Assembly (NCBI RefSeq): GCF_963921235.1
Contig: NC_086097.1
Span: forward strand, 219,482,001-219,546,000
DNA: 64,000 bases
Origin: Mobula hypostoma
Lineage: Eukaryota
Direction of reading: 5' to 3'
Shown piece after piece: positions 39,321 through 52,352 of the stretch. Every line of letters begins with the position of its first letter. Position 1 is the first letter of the stretch. Below the pieces are notes generated by a model. The model saw only the letters and a program-made list of their open reading frames with translations. It had not been told where the DNA came from and searched no databases. A program made the translations under genes and the position numbers.

Positions 39321-42294
39321 TCCAAATAACTTCCCATGTTGCTGTTGACTATTTTCACTTACTTTATACACACGAGAATCTCAGAAAATCTCCTCCACTC
39401 AGGTGTCTTCCCCCATTCACTATGATCATGGCTGATCTGCCCAAAGTCTCAGTTCCTTATCTGTGCCTGTTCCCAATTCACACATCTTTCAAAAGTTTAT
39501 CTTCTTCTTCTCTTGTTCTTTAAATACTTCCAGTGATCTATCATTCATATCCTAGCAAAGACCGTGGGCGGGCTCCAGCTGCTCCAGGCTTTTTGTCTAT
39601 GGACTCACTTTTGTTCTGAATGCTTTCGCTTGCTTTGATTTGCATGATCTGTTTTTTTTCTTCTTCTTTCTCTCCCTCTCCCTCTCCCCCTCCCCCTTCC
39701 TCTCTCTCTCCCTCCCTCCCTCCACATTGTGTGTTTGTTGGATTAATGAATTCTTCTGTGTTTCTTGTTTTGTGGCTGCATGTTAGGAGACAAATCTCAA
39801 GGTTGCATAATATATACAGTAATACTTCGATAATAAATGTCTTTGAACTTTTTAAACTTTGAGAGTTCTGGAGTCCATCATTCTCTGGGAAAAGGTGTAT
39901 TTTTATATTTCACTAGATGAGGTCTGTATGGGAGTGAAGTGTATGTTTTGTAGGAAATCCAATTTAAAATTGGTATAATTTTTATGTTATTTCATGGTAA
40001 AAATTTCTAGAGCTTAATGTCAAATAATTCAACTGAGGTTAAAATCTTTCTTAACCAAGTCAAAAGGACAAGTTCACTGGAAAAGCATTTAGCAAGCAAA
40101 AATAGTCCTGAATCCATATATGGTTGTATATTTAGTCTCAGTGTTTAAGTCTTTGATATGAGTATTGAATGTTGTGGTAAGTCCTTTAAAATATCAACCA
40201 AATGTGATCTAGGTCTCACCAAGTATATGTGGTGATTCCAAAGATGCAGTCCTAATTGACAACTTCATGAAAACTCTCTTGAAACTCCATGTTTTGTATG
40301 TGGAGTTTATTAAAAATGACATATTAAAAATGTCTGAATTCCCTTGTGGAGTTTCCAAATACATTTTACCTTCATAATATCACCTTCTGAGATTGCAAAA
40401 GCTGAGATTTATCTGACATAAAATCTCTCCAAATTCCTCTGTGTTGGATCATTGGGCTTTAAAATTTGGAAGCAACCCTGGTTTTTATTATTCTGTTCTG
40501 ATGTTGTTGGTTAGTTTGGTTTGGAAAACTTTCATAAAACTGTGGGCAAAAGACCTCAAAACATGTGCAATTTGAAACAGATGATTAAAACTATGTATAA
40601 TGATTAGAGACTATATATTAACTCTGAAGCTAAAAGAGTAAATTTTAAAGCACTGAAAAGAGATGATTACAACCTGAGTTAAATGATATGATGTGCTAAT
40701 TAGAAACAATGGTTATTGGAGATATCAAATAAGAGAAAGCATATTATTAAATATCTTCTAGTAATGTCAGCATTTCCACCCACTCCCCCCATCCCCCTTT
40801 TGGCTTGTCTGGAGAACTTTCCACAGTAACCCTTAACTGTTGTCAGACCTTCTGATTCAAAAATGAAATATTCCAATCGCAATGTTCTCCCATTCAAAAT
40901 ATGTTGTCATGTACTATGTTATATGTTACACCAATCCAGATTGCTGCATTGATTTGCTATCAATAAGACTGAGTCCTTCAGTATGTAATGAATTGCAGTT
41001 TTTGGGTGGTTAGTGCAAATTTCAAAGTTTGGGAACTTTTTCATCTTTCCACTTACCCCCCGACTCCATGTGTCATATGATCCTGATTATTCTTTAATCT
41101 CTTTACCCCTTCCCCTGTTCCAGTCTTACCACCAGTCTTTCCCAATGTTGATGTGATGGAAAAGGCTCACTAAGTAAGATATACAAAGCAAGTAATACTC
41201 ACAATCATATATTGATTCTTTGCTTATTGTTATTATATCAATAAGATTTTTTATCGTCTGAACAGAACGAGGCTTGAATTCAACTCCCAAATGATTGTGC
41301 ACCAAGCCATTTTATAAAACAGAAAATATGGTACTTTGAAGTATTAATATAAATAATGAACACGTTGGGAAAACAAACATCTGGAATTATTGAAGAAACA
41401 GAGTGCAGCACTGCTAAGATGCAGTAACAAATATTGCCATTTAACACTTTGATGAGGGAATCATTTCCGTTGGTTGTCAGCATTAAAACAGACTGAGGGT
41501 GAGAGACACAGGGTTCATATGCAGTTCTGTTTCACATCTAGGACTCGCACTATGTTTAAAAGTCTAAGTAACATTATATTCTTGAATTCAAGGTCTTAAT
41601 ATGATTTACCGCACAAACTTTAACTGAATTATAGTTGTGTCTATGTAACATAATTACACACATCTAATAATGTGCACTTCTAATTAGTGACTTTATTATC
41701 TCTGCAGTGAACATATCATTAGGGATACGGAAAATTTTGCATTATATATAAAATATATGAAGCCTAATTCTCTCAATGACTGAAAGCAAGAGCAGAGAAT
41801 CAGTGTAAGGACCCAGGTAAATTTCTCAGAACTGATCAGGTAAATGGTAGCTATCAATCAGGCAGCCTGAAACTGTTTGGCTTATTCAGTTTGTAGTTTT
41901 CAAATATGTCCAAAGCAAAAACCAAGTCCTAGAGGAGGAAACAAAAAGGATTTCTGGGCATGCTCATGGCACACACTGATTGTTCGGCATAATAATATTA
42001 AGCAATCCTGTCTCTTCAAACTCCACGGAAACAATATTTTGGAATAATTTCTAAGTGACAACTCTAATTAATTTAAGAATGGCCAGATAGATTCATGAAG
42101 TCTAGGAGTTTCCTATCAGGGCTCGGTCACTGATGGCTTTGGTGAGAGAATGCAAAGTTAAGAAATCACCTCTGAAATTATACAAGAAACTTAACCGTTA
42201 GAAGCGACTCAAGTCACTTTACAGAACAAATGTGCGATTGGCTTCCTCTTAGACATGTAGACCGTGAACCAGCTCCACCAGTTACTGAGACCCT

Positions 42295-43095
42295 CAAAAT
42301 CAAAGTTGAGTTTATTGTCATATACACAAGTTCATGTCTGCACAGGTACAATAAAAAAACTTACTTGCAGCAGCATCACAGACACAGAGCTTCAGAGAGG
42401 CAACACTCACAAGAAAAACATAAATGTAAATTATACAAAATTACACAAGAACATAACTTGAACAAAAAAAAGAGTCCATTATAATGCAAAGTGATAAAAG
42501 TGTTCATAGTATTGCTAAACTGTAGTAGTGATTAGGGTTCTTCGGGTTGGTTCAAGAACTGAATGTCTGAAGGGAAGTAGCTATTCTTGAATCCAATGGT
42601 GTGGGACTTCAGGCTTCTGAAGCTCCTAACCGTTGGTTGCAGCAAGAAGATAGGATGGTAGGAATCTTTGATGAAGGATTTTGCCTTCTTGATGCAGTGC
42701 CTCATGTAGATAGTTTGAGTAGTAGAGAGGGATGTGTCATGGTTCATTGTGCTTGATTCATTACACTCTGCAGCTTTTTACATTCTTGTACATTCAAACT
42801 GCTGTACCAGACAGGATACTTCCAATAGTACATCTGTGGGTGTTTGTTAGAATGTTTGCTGACAAGCCAAACCTCCTTAACCTTAGAAAGTATAGACACT
42901 GTAATTGGATCTATATGCTGGGCCCAGGACAGGTCATCTGATATGTTAATACCCATCTGCAGACCTTCTCCAACACTGATCCACCCACCAAAGTAGACTG
43001 GCGCTTGTTCACCCTTCTTCCCCTTCCTGAAGTCACCATTCAATTCTTTAGTTTTACAGATGTTGAGCAAGAGGTTGTTTTCGCAGTAATACTCC
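42295..43095 (-). mobile_element. Rex1/Babar-like LINE 3' part
   Basis: ENNLLLNICKTKELNGDFRK, GINISDDLSWAQHI and FKNSYFP. Confidence 0.8.
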
Positions 43096-43998
43096 ATCCC
43101 ACCTCGTTTTAATGCTCCTACTTCCCTTTGAGTGCTATTTTCACCCCCAAAAAATATTAAATTTGTTCACCTTTAATTTAAGTCATAACAGCATATCTCT
43201 TTAGTTCTGCATGCAAGTAATCTTTGTCAGGGGCAGTTTATCTGCATATGGTGTGTGTTCCTGCCATCAGAGATGTGGTGATTATTGTTCAGGAAAGGTA
43301 AAGAGAAACATTCTTTGTGTGGTACATGCTGAGCGATAATGGGAAGATTCAGAGTTTGGCAAAGGAAACTATTGCACCAGACCATTCCTTCAGGCATCTC
43401 CTTCAACTAATGTTGACAACTGTGACAAAATAAATTACATCAATTCTGTTTAAGGCTGTTACGACAGATGGTCTGGAATTGTATCAGGAAGATTCTCATT
43501 GTTGAAAATCTGAGAGGAAATCGAAGTACATAGGTTTTGGAAGCTGGGGTTCGATGTAGCAAATCTGTTCCATGGACAATACCAGACTTGCAATAACAAG
43601 TGCTGGGCCCTGGTGACTCAGCTAATGAGATCATTAAAGATTGCTAACAGCAAAATAACTCTGGTCACTGAGTGAAACAAAGTATACTGTTCCCCTGTGC
43701 CCTGTATTTACAAATTGAAATAAATCAGGCATATTACCCATGGTGGTTGTTACGTTTGTAAACTCCAAAGCATAAAACTGATATGTAAAAAACAAGGGAG
43801 CCTGAGAGATGTGTGTCTTAGTTTTATTTTTACTTTAACTGAGGTGTGCACATACAATACGGTGGCATAATGATGTATGCCATTCACTTGTTTTTACATA
43901 TAACCCATAATGAATTATTTAAAAGAACAAAGAATGCTTAATCAAACAATATATTTATAATGTTCCTGAAATATTAAATACACAACATCCTGCTTAGT

Positions 43999-44544
43999 TA
44001 TAAGGGAGATAAGGGATGATGTGGAATGTGTGCCAACCAATTAGCGGGAGGTTTTCTCGGTGAGGGACGATAAGGTTGTTCATGGGCTTTTGTTCGAGAG
44101 GAGATGAAGAGAGAAGACGCTGGGGAGAACCATTTGTAGCATATGATCTGGTGAGAGACCCGTTTGTTTGAGATGGATTGCGAGTGACATTCAGAAAGTG
44201 TTGTGGCCGTTCGCGCTGACCGAGGGGCCCAGTGCGTGAGCAACAGAGAAGTTGAGGATGAGCTCCAACTTGTGCACACTTGACTGTTTAATTAGAATGG
44301 GCCCTTTTCTTTTTGTAATTCTTTACTCACCCTTTAATTAAGATTCATAAATATAATTCCTTTAATCATATGCAGTGTGCTGTCTGTTATTTTGTGGCAT
44401 TAATTTGTAACAGGGTAGCAAATTACACAGCGTCCACACAGACCAGGGTTTGGGCTGGGACAAGCTGTCTCAGTCTCCCGAGTTTGGTGGGACTTGAGAG
44501 TGTCATCCTTAGACTTAAATAGCCAAGGAAACTAGGGTGTTTCA
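43999..44544. mobile_element. Candidate solo LTR inserted next to the Gypsy 3' LTR
   Basis: A ~545-bp block interrupts the Gypsy sequence, starting TATAAGGG (possibly a mutated TGTAAGGG) and ending GTTTCA. No clean TSD seen. Confidence 0.45.
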
Positions 44545-44550
44545 TGTACA

Positions 44551-44553
<3 letters not shown>

Positions 44554-44588
<35 letters not shown>
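44554..44588. repeat. (CA)n microsatellite
   Basis: About 17 consecutive CA units. Confidence 0.95.
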
Positions 44589-44589
<1 letters not shown>

Positions 44590-46794
44590 CAATATACTAT
44601 ATAATACAACCACTACACGACATCCACAGTACAGTGACTTTTAAATTGTCCCATGCAGGCCTAAAGATTTAAGTGCTGTGATGGATTTCTTGCTCTTGTG
44701 GGATACTGTCTTTCCTGACGGGGGTAGTGGGGGGGGTCACTCTGCTTAGCAGATGAGTCTTGTTTCACAGCCACAATCTCAGGTTCTGGGGCCTCCTCCA
44801 GTTGGAGTTGACTCTGGGACTGCAGGAAGAGCTACTGACAGCTCGAGACACCTTTCTTCTGGATGTGTTGTCATCCGGAAGAGTGCATGGCAAGTTGCTC
44901 AATCTGCTGATCTATCCCGGGCCAAGAGACAAAGTTTCGAGCCAATGCTTTCATTTTGACGGTGCCTAGTTGACCGACGTGTAGCTCCTCCAACACCTTA
45001 GATCTCAGGTTGGATGGTACAAAAACTCTCAAACACCACATAAGGCAACCTCTGTCAAAGGCGTTCGGCTCTGTTAAACATGGGGGAACTGGAATTTCTG
45101 CTGCACATTGCAGTCACTTTGGGTGACCATGTAGACCTGAGACAGTATTGGGTCTTTTCTGATTTTCCTTTGGATCACCTCTGCTATAATAGAGACACTT
45201 TCAATTTGCATTAGGCAGAATATGTAAAGAGAAGTTTCCTCTTTTATAAATTTTTCAGGTATTTTCTTTTCCAAAGGTAAACAGGACAGTCCATTGGCGT
45301 TTCTATATTAGTTATCCTCTTGAATTCAATCTTGTAATTGTGTCCTCCAAGACACAGAACCCATCTCTGCATTTGTGCTGCTGCTGGTAGTGGAACTCCC
45401 ATCTGTGCATTGAAAATGGACACTAGTGGTTGATGATCAGTAATGAGTATAAACTTGCTTGCATACAACTATTGATTGAAATGTTTTACACCCACCCCAA
45501 ACAAAACTCAAGGCCTCTCTGTCAACCTGTATGAAATTTTTCACTGTAGCAGTAAAAAGAATGTGTTGCAAAGACTAAGGGGTGGTCACTTTCATCACTC
45601 ATGATAAGTGACATGGCTGCACCTATACCATAAGCCTCACTGGATGACGTGGAGGACACTGTTGGCCACACCATTTCCTTTGCCTTTTGGAAAGCCACCT
45701 CACACTGTATTCTCCATTGCCATTTCTTTCCAATCTGCAGTAATGAGTTCAAGGGGTGGAGCATAGTAGCCAGTCCTGGCAGGAACCTATTATAGTAAAT
45801 AACAGATTCCAAAAAGGACCACAACTGTGACACATCCTTTGGCTTTGGGGCATCCACCACTGCTTGAATTTTCTCAGCACACTTGTATAATTCTTGTGCG
45901 TCAAATGGTATGAACACAGTAAATGATGCTTGATTTAAAGAAGTCACTCTTGCTGCATTGTGCTCTAAGTCCATAATCTTCTAATTATTTTAACGCAGTC
46001 CTGAGATTTTGGAGATGTTCCTTGTCATTCTTACCAGTAACAATGATGTCATCCAGATAACACTGAGAGCCTGGGCAACCTTGCAGTACCTGGTCCATAG
46101 CTTTCTGCCGGAGTGCAGGGGCAGATGCTAATCTAAAAATTGAACCTATTTGTGAGTGTTTATGGTGATAAACACTGTGGACTGTTCTTCCATTTCCAAA
46201 TGGAGGTAGGCCTCAGCTAAATCCACTTTGCTGAAGTGTTTTCTTCCAGAAAGATTTGCAAAGATATTCTCTATCCTGGGCAGAGGATATTGATCTACTT
46301 TCAGTACTGGGTTGATGGTGACCTGAAAATCACCACAAATCCCATTCTTCTTGGCTGCTGGGCCACTGATGTTGCCCATGAGCTTCATTCAACCTTTGGA
46401 AAGAATTCCTTCAGTCTCTATGCGATCCAACTCAGTGGCTACATTATCAGGAATAGTATAAGCAACCAGACGGGCTTTGTAAAACTTAGGTGTGGCATTT
46501 TCATTTAACTCTATTTTACCTTTGATATGTTTGAGTTTTCCAATACTATTCTTGATCACTACTGTGGCATCATCCAGTACCTTTCTTAATTTGCTTTCCG
46601 TTGACTCTAATACTGGGTATGTGGCATGCAAAAGGTGAATGAATTTCGAATCAAGTTGTAGTTGTCTCAGCCAATCACATCCCCACAATGCTGTTCCTCC
46701 TGTTTTTACCACGTACAACCCCTATGTGGCTTGTTGGTTGTTGTATTTCACAATTGTGAATGTCATTCCCACAGGAGTTAAATTTTCTCCAGAA

Positions 46795-47734
46795 AAATTT
46801 CTTACAAAATCTTTTATAAACCTTCTGATATTCATGGCTACCTTGACTAGACCTCGTCCTGCCCTGGCTCCTGTATAAATGCTATTCCTTCTTCTCAGTT
46901 CCTTTGTCTTCACCACACTTGTTCCCAGAATGAGATTTTCTTTTCCAGTACATCAGAGATGTCCTCCTTCTTCAAAGAGCAGGGTTTCCCTTCCTCCACC
47001 ATTGATACCGCCCTCACCCACATTGCCTCCATTTTTGGTCATTCGCAGTGACCCCATCTTCCCACTGCCTTTACAGGGATAGATTTCCTCTTGTCCTCAC
47101 CTATCACCCCATAAGCCTTCGCATCCAACACATCATTCTCCACAACTTCCACCATCTTTAACAGGATTCTACCACCAATCTCATCCTTACCTCATCCCAC
47201 TCTCTGCTTTCTGCAGGGATCGCCCCCTCCATTTTCCCTTTTCCATCTGTCCCTTCCTACTACTCTCCCTCCAGGCAACAGAAATGCTACCCATGCCCAT
47301 TCACCTCAAACAGTCCATCCATGTGAGGCAACATTTCACTTGCGAATCTGTTGGGGTCGTCTATTGTATCCATGCTTCCAATGCAGCTTCTTCTGCATTG
47401 GTGAAAACTGACATAACTTGGGGGACCACTTTGTTAAGCACCAATGCTCCATCCACCAAAATTGGAATTTCCTGGTTGCCAACAATTTTAATTCCTATTG
47501 TTATTCCCATTCCAACAGTCCCCTTTCGCACCCTCCTGGCTTCACCTATCAACTTCCAGCTAGTCCTCCATCCCCTCCCCCCATCTTTTTATTCTGGCAT
47601 CTTTCCAGTCCTGAAGAAGGGTTTTGGCTTGAAACATGTTTATTCATTTCCATAGACCCTGCCTGACCGTCTGAGTTCTTCCAGTTCTGAGTTTTGTGTG
47701 TGTTACTCTGGACTTCCAGCTTCTGCTGAATGTC
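46795..47734 (+). mobile_element. Penelope-like element (RT thumb + GIY-YIG + tail), decayed
   Basis: FYKPSDIHGYLD...NAIP...SSFFKEQGFP and VRQHFTCESVGVVYCI. Degenerate hammerhead AGTCCTGAAGAAGGGTTTTGGCTTGAAACAT at ~47607-47637. Confidence 0.85.
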
Positions 47735-47922
47735 ACAAAACGAGAAAATCTGTAGATGCTGGAAATCCAAGTAACATACACAAAATGCTGGAGGAACTCA
47801 GCAGGCCAGGCAGCATCTATGGAAAAAAGTACAGTCAATGTTTCAGGCCCAGAGGTCAACTATACTCTTTTCCATAGATGCTGCCTGGTCTGCTGAGTTC
47901 CTGCAGCAATTTGTGCATGTTA
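47735..47922. mobile_element. Fold-back Penelope-derived mini-element
   Basis: ~60-bp inverted arms. The 13-bp TSD TCTGC(T/A)GAATGTC lies at 47722-47734 and 47923-47935. Confidence 0.75.
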
Positions 47923-47964
47923 TCTGCAGAATGTCTTGTGCTTCCCATTAAAGGGCACTTAAGG

Positions 47965-49622
47965 GTGGCAGGGAAGAGAAGTGTGCGCAGTCACAATTAC
48001 GACAGAGAAAGTACTCAGGAAGCTGAATAGTCTAAAGGTAGCTAAATCTCCCGGACCAGATGGAATGCACCCTCGTGTTCTGAAGGAAGTAGCTGTGGAG
48101 ATTGTAGAGGCATTAGCGATGATCTTTCAAAAGTCGATAGATTCTGGCATGGTTCCGGAGGACTGGAAGACTGCGAATGTCACTCCGCTATTTAAGAAGG
48201 GGGCAAGGAAGCAAAAAGGAAATTATGGACCTGTTAGCTTGACATCGGTGGTTGGGAAGTTGTTGGAGTCGATTGTCAAGGATGAGGTTACAAAGTACCT
48301 GGAGGCATATGACAAGATAGGCAGAAATCAGCATGGATTCCTTAAAGGAAAATCCTGCCTGACAAACCTATTACAATTTTTGAGGAAGCTACAAGTAGGC
48401 TAGACAAGGGAGATGCAGTGGATGTTGTATATTTGGATTTTCAGAAGGCCTTTGACAAGGTGCCACACATGAGGCTACTTAACAAGATAAGAGTCCATGG
48501 AATTATAGGAAAGTTACATACGTGGATAGAGCATTGGCTGATTGGCAGGAAACAGAGAGTGGGAATAAAGGGATCCTATTTTGGTTGGCTGCCAGTTACC
48601 AGTGGTGTTCCACAGGGGTCCATGTTGGGGCCGCTTCTTTTTACATTGTACATCAACGATTTGGATTATGGAATAGATGGCTTTGTGGCTAAGTTTGCTG
48701 ACGATACGAAGGTAGGTGGAGGGGCCAGTAGTGCTGAGGAAACGGAGAGTCTGCGGAGAGACTTGGATTTATTCGAAGAATGGGCAAAGACGTGGCAAAT
48801 GAAATACAATGTTGGAAAGTGTATGGTTATGCACTTTGGCAGAAGAAATAAACGGGCAGACTATTATTTAAATGGGGAGAGAATTCAAAGTTCTGAGATG
48901 CAATGGGACTTGGGAGTCCTCGTACAGGATACCCTTAAGGTTAACCTCCAGGTTGAGTCGGTGGTGAAGAAGGCGAATGCAATGTTGGCATTCATTTCTA
49001 GAGGAATAAAGTATAGGAGCAGGGATGTGATGTTGAGGCTCTGTAAGGCGCTGGTGAGACCTCACTTGGAGTACTGTGGGCAGTTTTGGTCTCCTTATTT
49101 AAGAAAGGATGTTCTGACGTTGGAGAGGGTACAGAGAAGATTCACTGGAATGATTCCGGGAATGAGAGGGTTAACATATGAGGAACGTTTGTCTGCTCTT
49201 GGACTGTATTCCTTGGTGTTTAGAAGAATGAGGGGAGACCTCATAGAAACATTTCGAATGTTGAAAGGCATGGACAGAGTGGATGGGGCAAAGTTGTTTC
49301 CCATGATGGGGGAGTCTAGTACGAGAGGGCATGACTTAAAGCTTGTAGGGCACCCATTCAGAACAGAAATGCGAAGAATTTTTTTTAGTCAGAGGGTGGT
49401 AAACCCATGGAATTTTTCGCCACGGGCAGCAGTGGAGGCCAAGTCATTGGGTGTATTTAAGGCAGAGATTGATAGGTATCTGAGTAGCCAGGGCATCAAA
49501 GGTTATGGTGAGAAGGCGGGGGAGTGGGACTAAATGGGAGAATGGATCAGCTCATGATAAAATGGTGGAGCAGACTCGATGGGCCGAATGGTGGACTTCT
49601 GCTCCTTTATCTTATGGTCTTA
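47965..49622 (+). mobile_element. Young 5'-truncated CR1 LINE with near-intact RT
   Basis: ORFs 47981-48403 and 48418-49533 (KSPGPDG, QHGFLKGKSCLTNL, LDFQKAFDKVPH, GVPQGS, KFADD) are separated by one frameshift at a T-run near 48380. Confidence 0.97.
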
Positions 49623-52352
49623 AAAGAACAGCTTTTGTTTGTGATTGGTTAATTTGAAGACCGGCTGGCCAGCAGCAAGGTGAGGCTGGATATGGGCATT
49701 GATAGAAGAGGCCCATGTTGCACTTAAGGAATGTGCAGGATCATGTCTACAACCAAAATCAATACAGGGAAGTTGATAAGAGAATGGGATTGTTCTGTGA
49801 GGGGCATATACGAGCGGGCCAAATGGCCTTCTTCCTTATTATAAGGAGGCGGGGAGAGCCGGAGGACAGTCTAATCTTCCTCATTCACAAGGATGGCTTG
49901 AAAGTTTGAGTTGGGCCAGATGTAAAACTGATCTGCACATGCACAGCTCAGACTACTTTCTCAAATGTACTCTTACCCACTCTTCATAAATAAAGGAAAC
50001 AGGTTCACCCGTTGGAGGAGTCAAGAAAAGGCATGCTTGAAACCCTACAGACCTCCGGCAGAATGAAACATAGTGAGATTGGGGGTGAGGAGGGAGCAGT
50101 GGGGTGAGTGTGTTGCTGGAAACAAGCGTCTCTGGAAATCCACTTTACAGATTTTGGCAGCATAATACATGGAATGAACGTTTTGGTTCTTCAAGCCACT
50201 CCACTGTCAAATTGCCAAATGTGGCTTATTTTTGCCATAGTTCCACCCACCTGACTTGATGTCGAAATCAGCAGATAAATCAATCAGTTTGGAGACATTC
50301 TGTTGGAACAATCTTTTGGAAAGGAAGTTCCACATTTCCCCTGGAAGCAATTTATGACATCACGCCTCACGCCTGAAGAGAATAACTCTAATATGAACCA
50401 TTCAAACTGCCTTATTCTTGACCTCCTCCACCAGATGAAACAGTTTCTTTCCATTTACCCTTCCCAATCCTTTAATCATTTTAAATGAGTCTATTACACC
50501 ACCCTTCAATCTACTGTGCTCAAAGGAATGCAATGCTAGCCTGCACAACCTCTCCTGCCCAGCAATCAACCAGGTGAATCTGCAAAGTCTGGCTCATGTG
50601 CTCAACATGCACACCTCACCTCCATCCTCCACAGAACCATTATGACATCCCTGGTGAGCAGAACTGAGTGCAATACTTTGAATTGTGTCACATTAGAACC
50701 TTGTGTGACTATAATTTCTATCTCTCCTCGAGATAGGACATCCCCCAAAGTTATGCTGAACCAATTAAATTAGTAATTAAACTAGGATAAAAGCCAACAT
50801 CACCTTGGATGTTTTAATACATTTTGCATTAGATCAGTAACTTTTAAATGCCTTCTGTGCTTCAACCTTTAACCTGCTTAGATCCTCCATAGTTCCTTGC
50901 ATCTCATTACTGAGGAATACATTGGTTTGAAGTGGATGCGCTCACATTTCTCCATAATGATCCCCATTTGCCCCAAAGTTGTCCAAATATTAGACCCCCT
51001 TTCAACTTTATTCTCCAATCTGCACTATTTACCATGTCCAAACTTAGATGTCCTTCATCTAAACAATTTACAGATGTTACACGAAGGTTGAAATCCTGGT
51101 AGATCTCCCTGGAGGACATCATTAGTCCTAGCCATTGGTTCTAAAAAGATGAGTTCAAATATTACTTGTACTGTAAAAATATAGGAACAACAGTAGTTCA
51201 AAGAAACAGGGGTATTAAGTACAGAGATTATTAACATGTTGAGGACAGCTATAGAAAACTTGTCAAAATGGTAAGTGGAATGTAGTTGTCCTACCAGAGG
51301 CTTTCAGTACAACAAAGAATATTTCATTAGAACAGCTGAAAGCCCTCTATCATCACCTCCAATTCTTTTCCAATATCTTCTATGTCACTGACGTTGGACT
51401 CACAGGTCTATATTTCCAGGCTTCTCCCTGCTGCCTTCCTTGAAAAGGGAAAACATGTTTCCCTTATGTCTAGCAAAGATATAGAAATCTCAGCCAGATA
51501 TCAAGTGATCTCTTCTCTTGCTTCCAGTAAGTGCCTGGGATAAATCCCACCCACTCTTGGGGATTTATCCATCTTTCAGCTCAGCCAGACATTGAGTGCC
51601 TCCTTCTTATTTGTGAAGACCTGCATCAGATTTTCACCTATCTGTTCACTGAATTCTACAACTACAAAGATTGTTTCCTTCATGAAAGTATAATCTTATA
51701 AGTGGCAGCTTTTTAGAAAGCGAGCTTCACAAGTATGTAAAAGAGGCCTAGAAGGCATTGCAACTGTAGTCCACTTGTGAAATTGTTACTGGTTGTATTT
51801 TAATACAGATAGAAGAATTCATAATGGTTCTGATGGAGCAACATCTGATAGAAGTATTTTCAAACAGCCAAGTAACAGACTACACAGGTTTCGCACAAAA
51901 AGCTCCTTCTAAAAAAGCTGTTTGGTGTTTGCATGTAACCATATTGTTGCATATGTTGCTTAGCAGAGATTTGCCTTTTGAAATTATTGAAGAGTTTCAC
52001 TCCAATATAATGCAACAGCTGGTGAGATATACTCAATCAGCAGATGGTACATTACCTACTGACACACGGACAAACTACTTATGGTGCAAGAATGATCAAA
52101 TACTTGCAGGACTAATCCTTATTCTGTAAACTAAGTTAGAACTCCCAACAGTTAACATTTTGTGTCTGGAACACCAAATGATAAATGAAGCTAAAGGTTT
52201 GTACAGGCTCTGTCCACTGGACAAGATATGCCAAATATTATCAATAATGATTTTAAGATGAGAAAAGGAGATACAAATAGATTTTTTTAAATTAAGGATT
52301 ATAGGAAAAAATGGTGGTCATGAGTACAATAAATATGAGCTCTGTGTAAAGA

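Larger units (their letters stand above)
43748..46792 (-). mobile_element. Ty3/Gypsy LTR retrotransposon (second lineage), 5'-truncated, with integrase core apparently deleted and 3' LTR at 43748-43987
   Basis: ICGDFQVTINPVLKVDQYPLPRIENIF...FSKVDLAEAY, QCYLDD (~46048-46065), ITDHQPLVSIF and IRKDPILSQV. The 240-bp LTR is bounded by TGT...ACA. Confidence 0.9.

Noticed and set aside
40220..40539. Minus-strand exon with good acceptor and donor
   Set aside because: All three frames contain stops.
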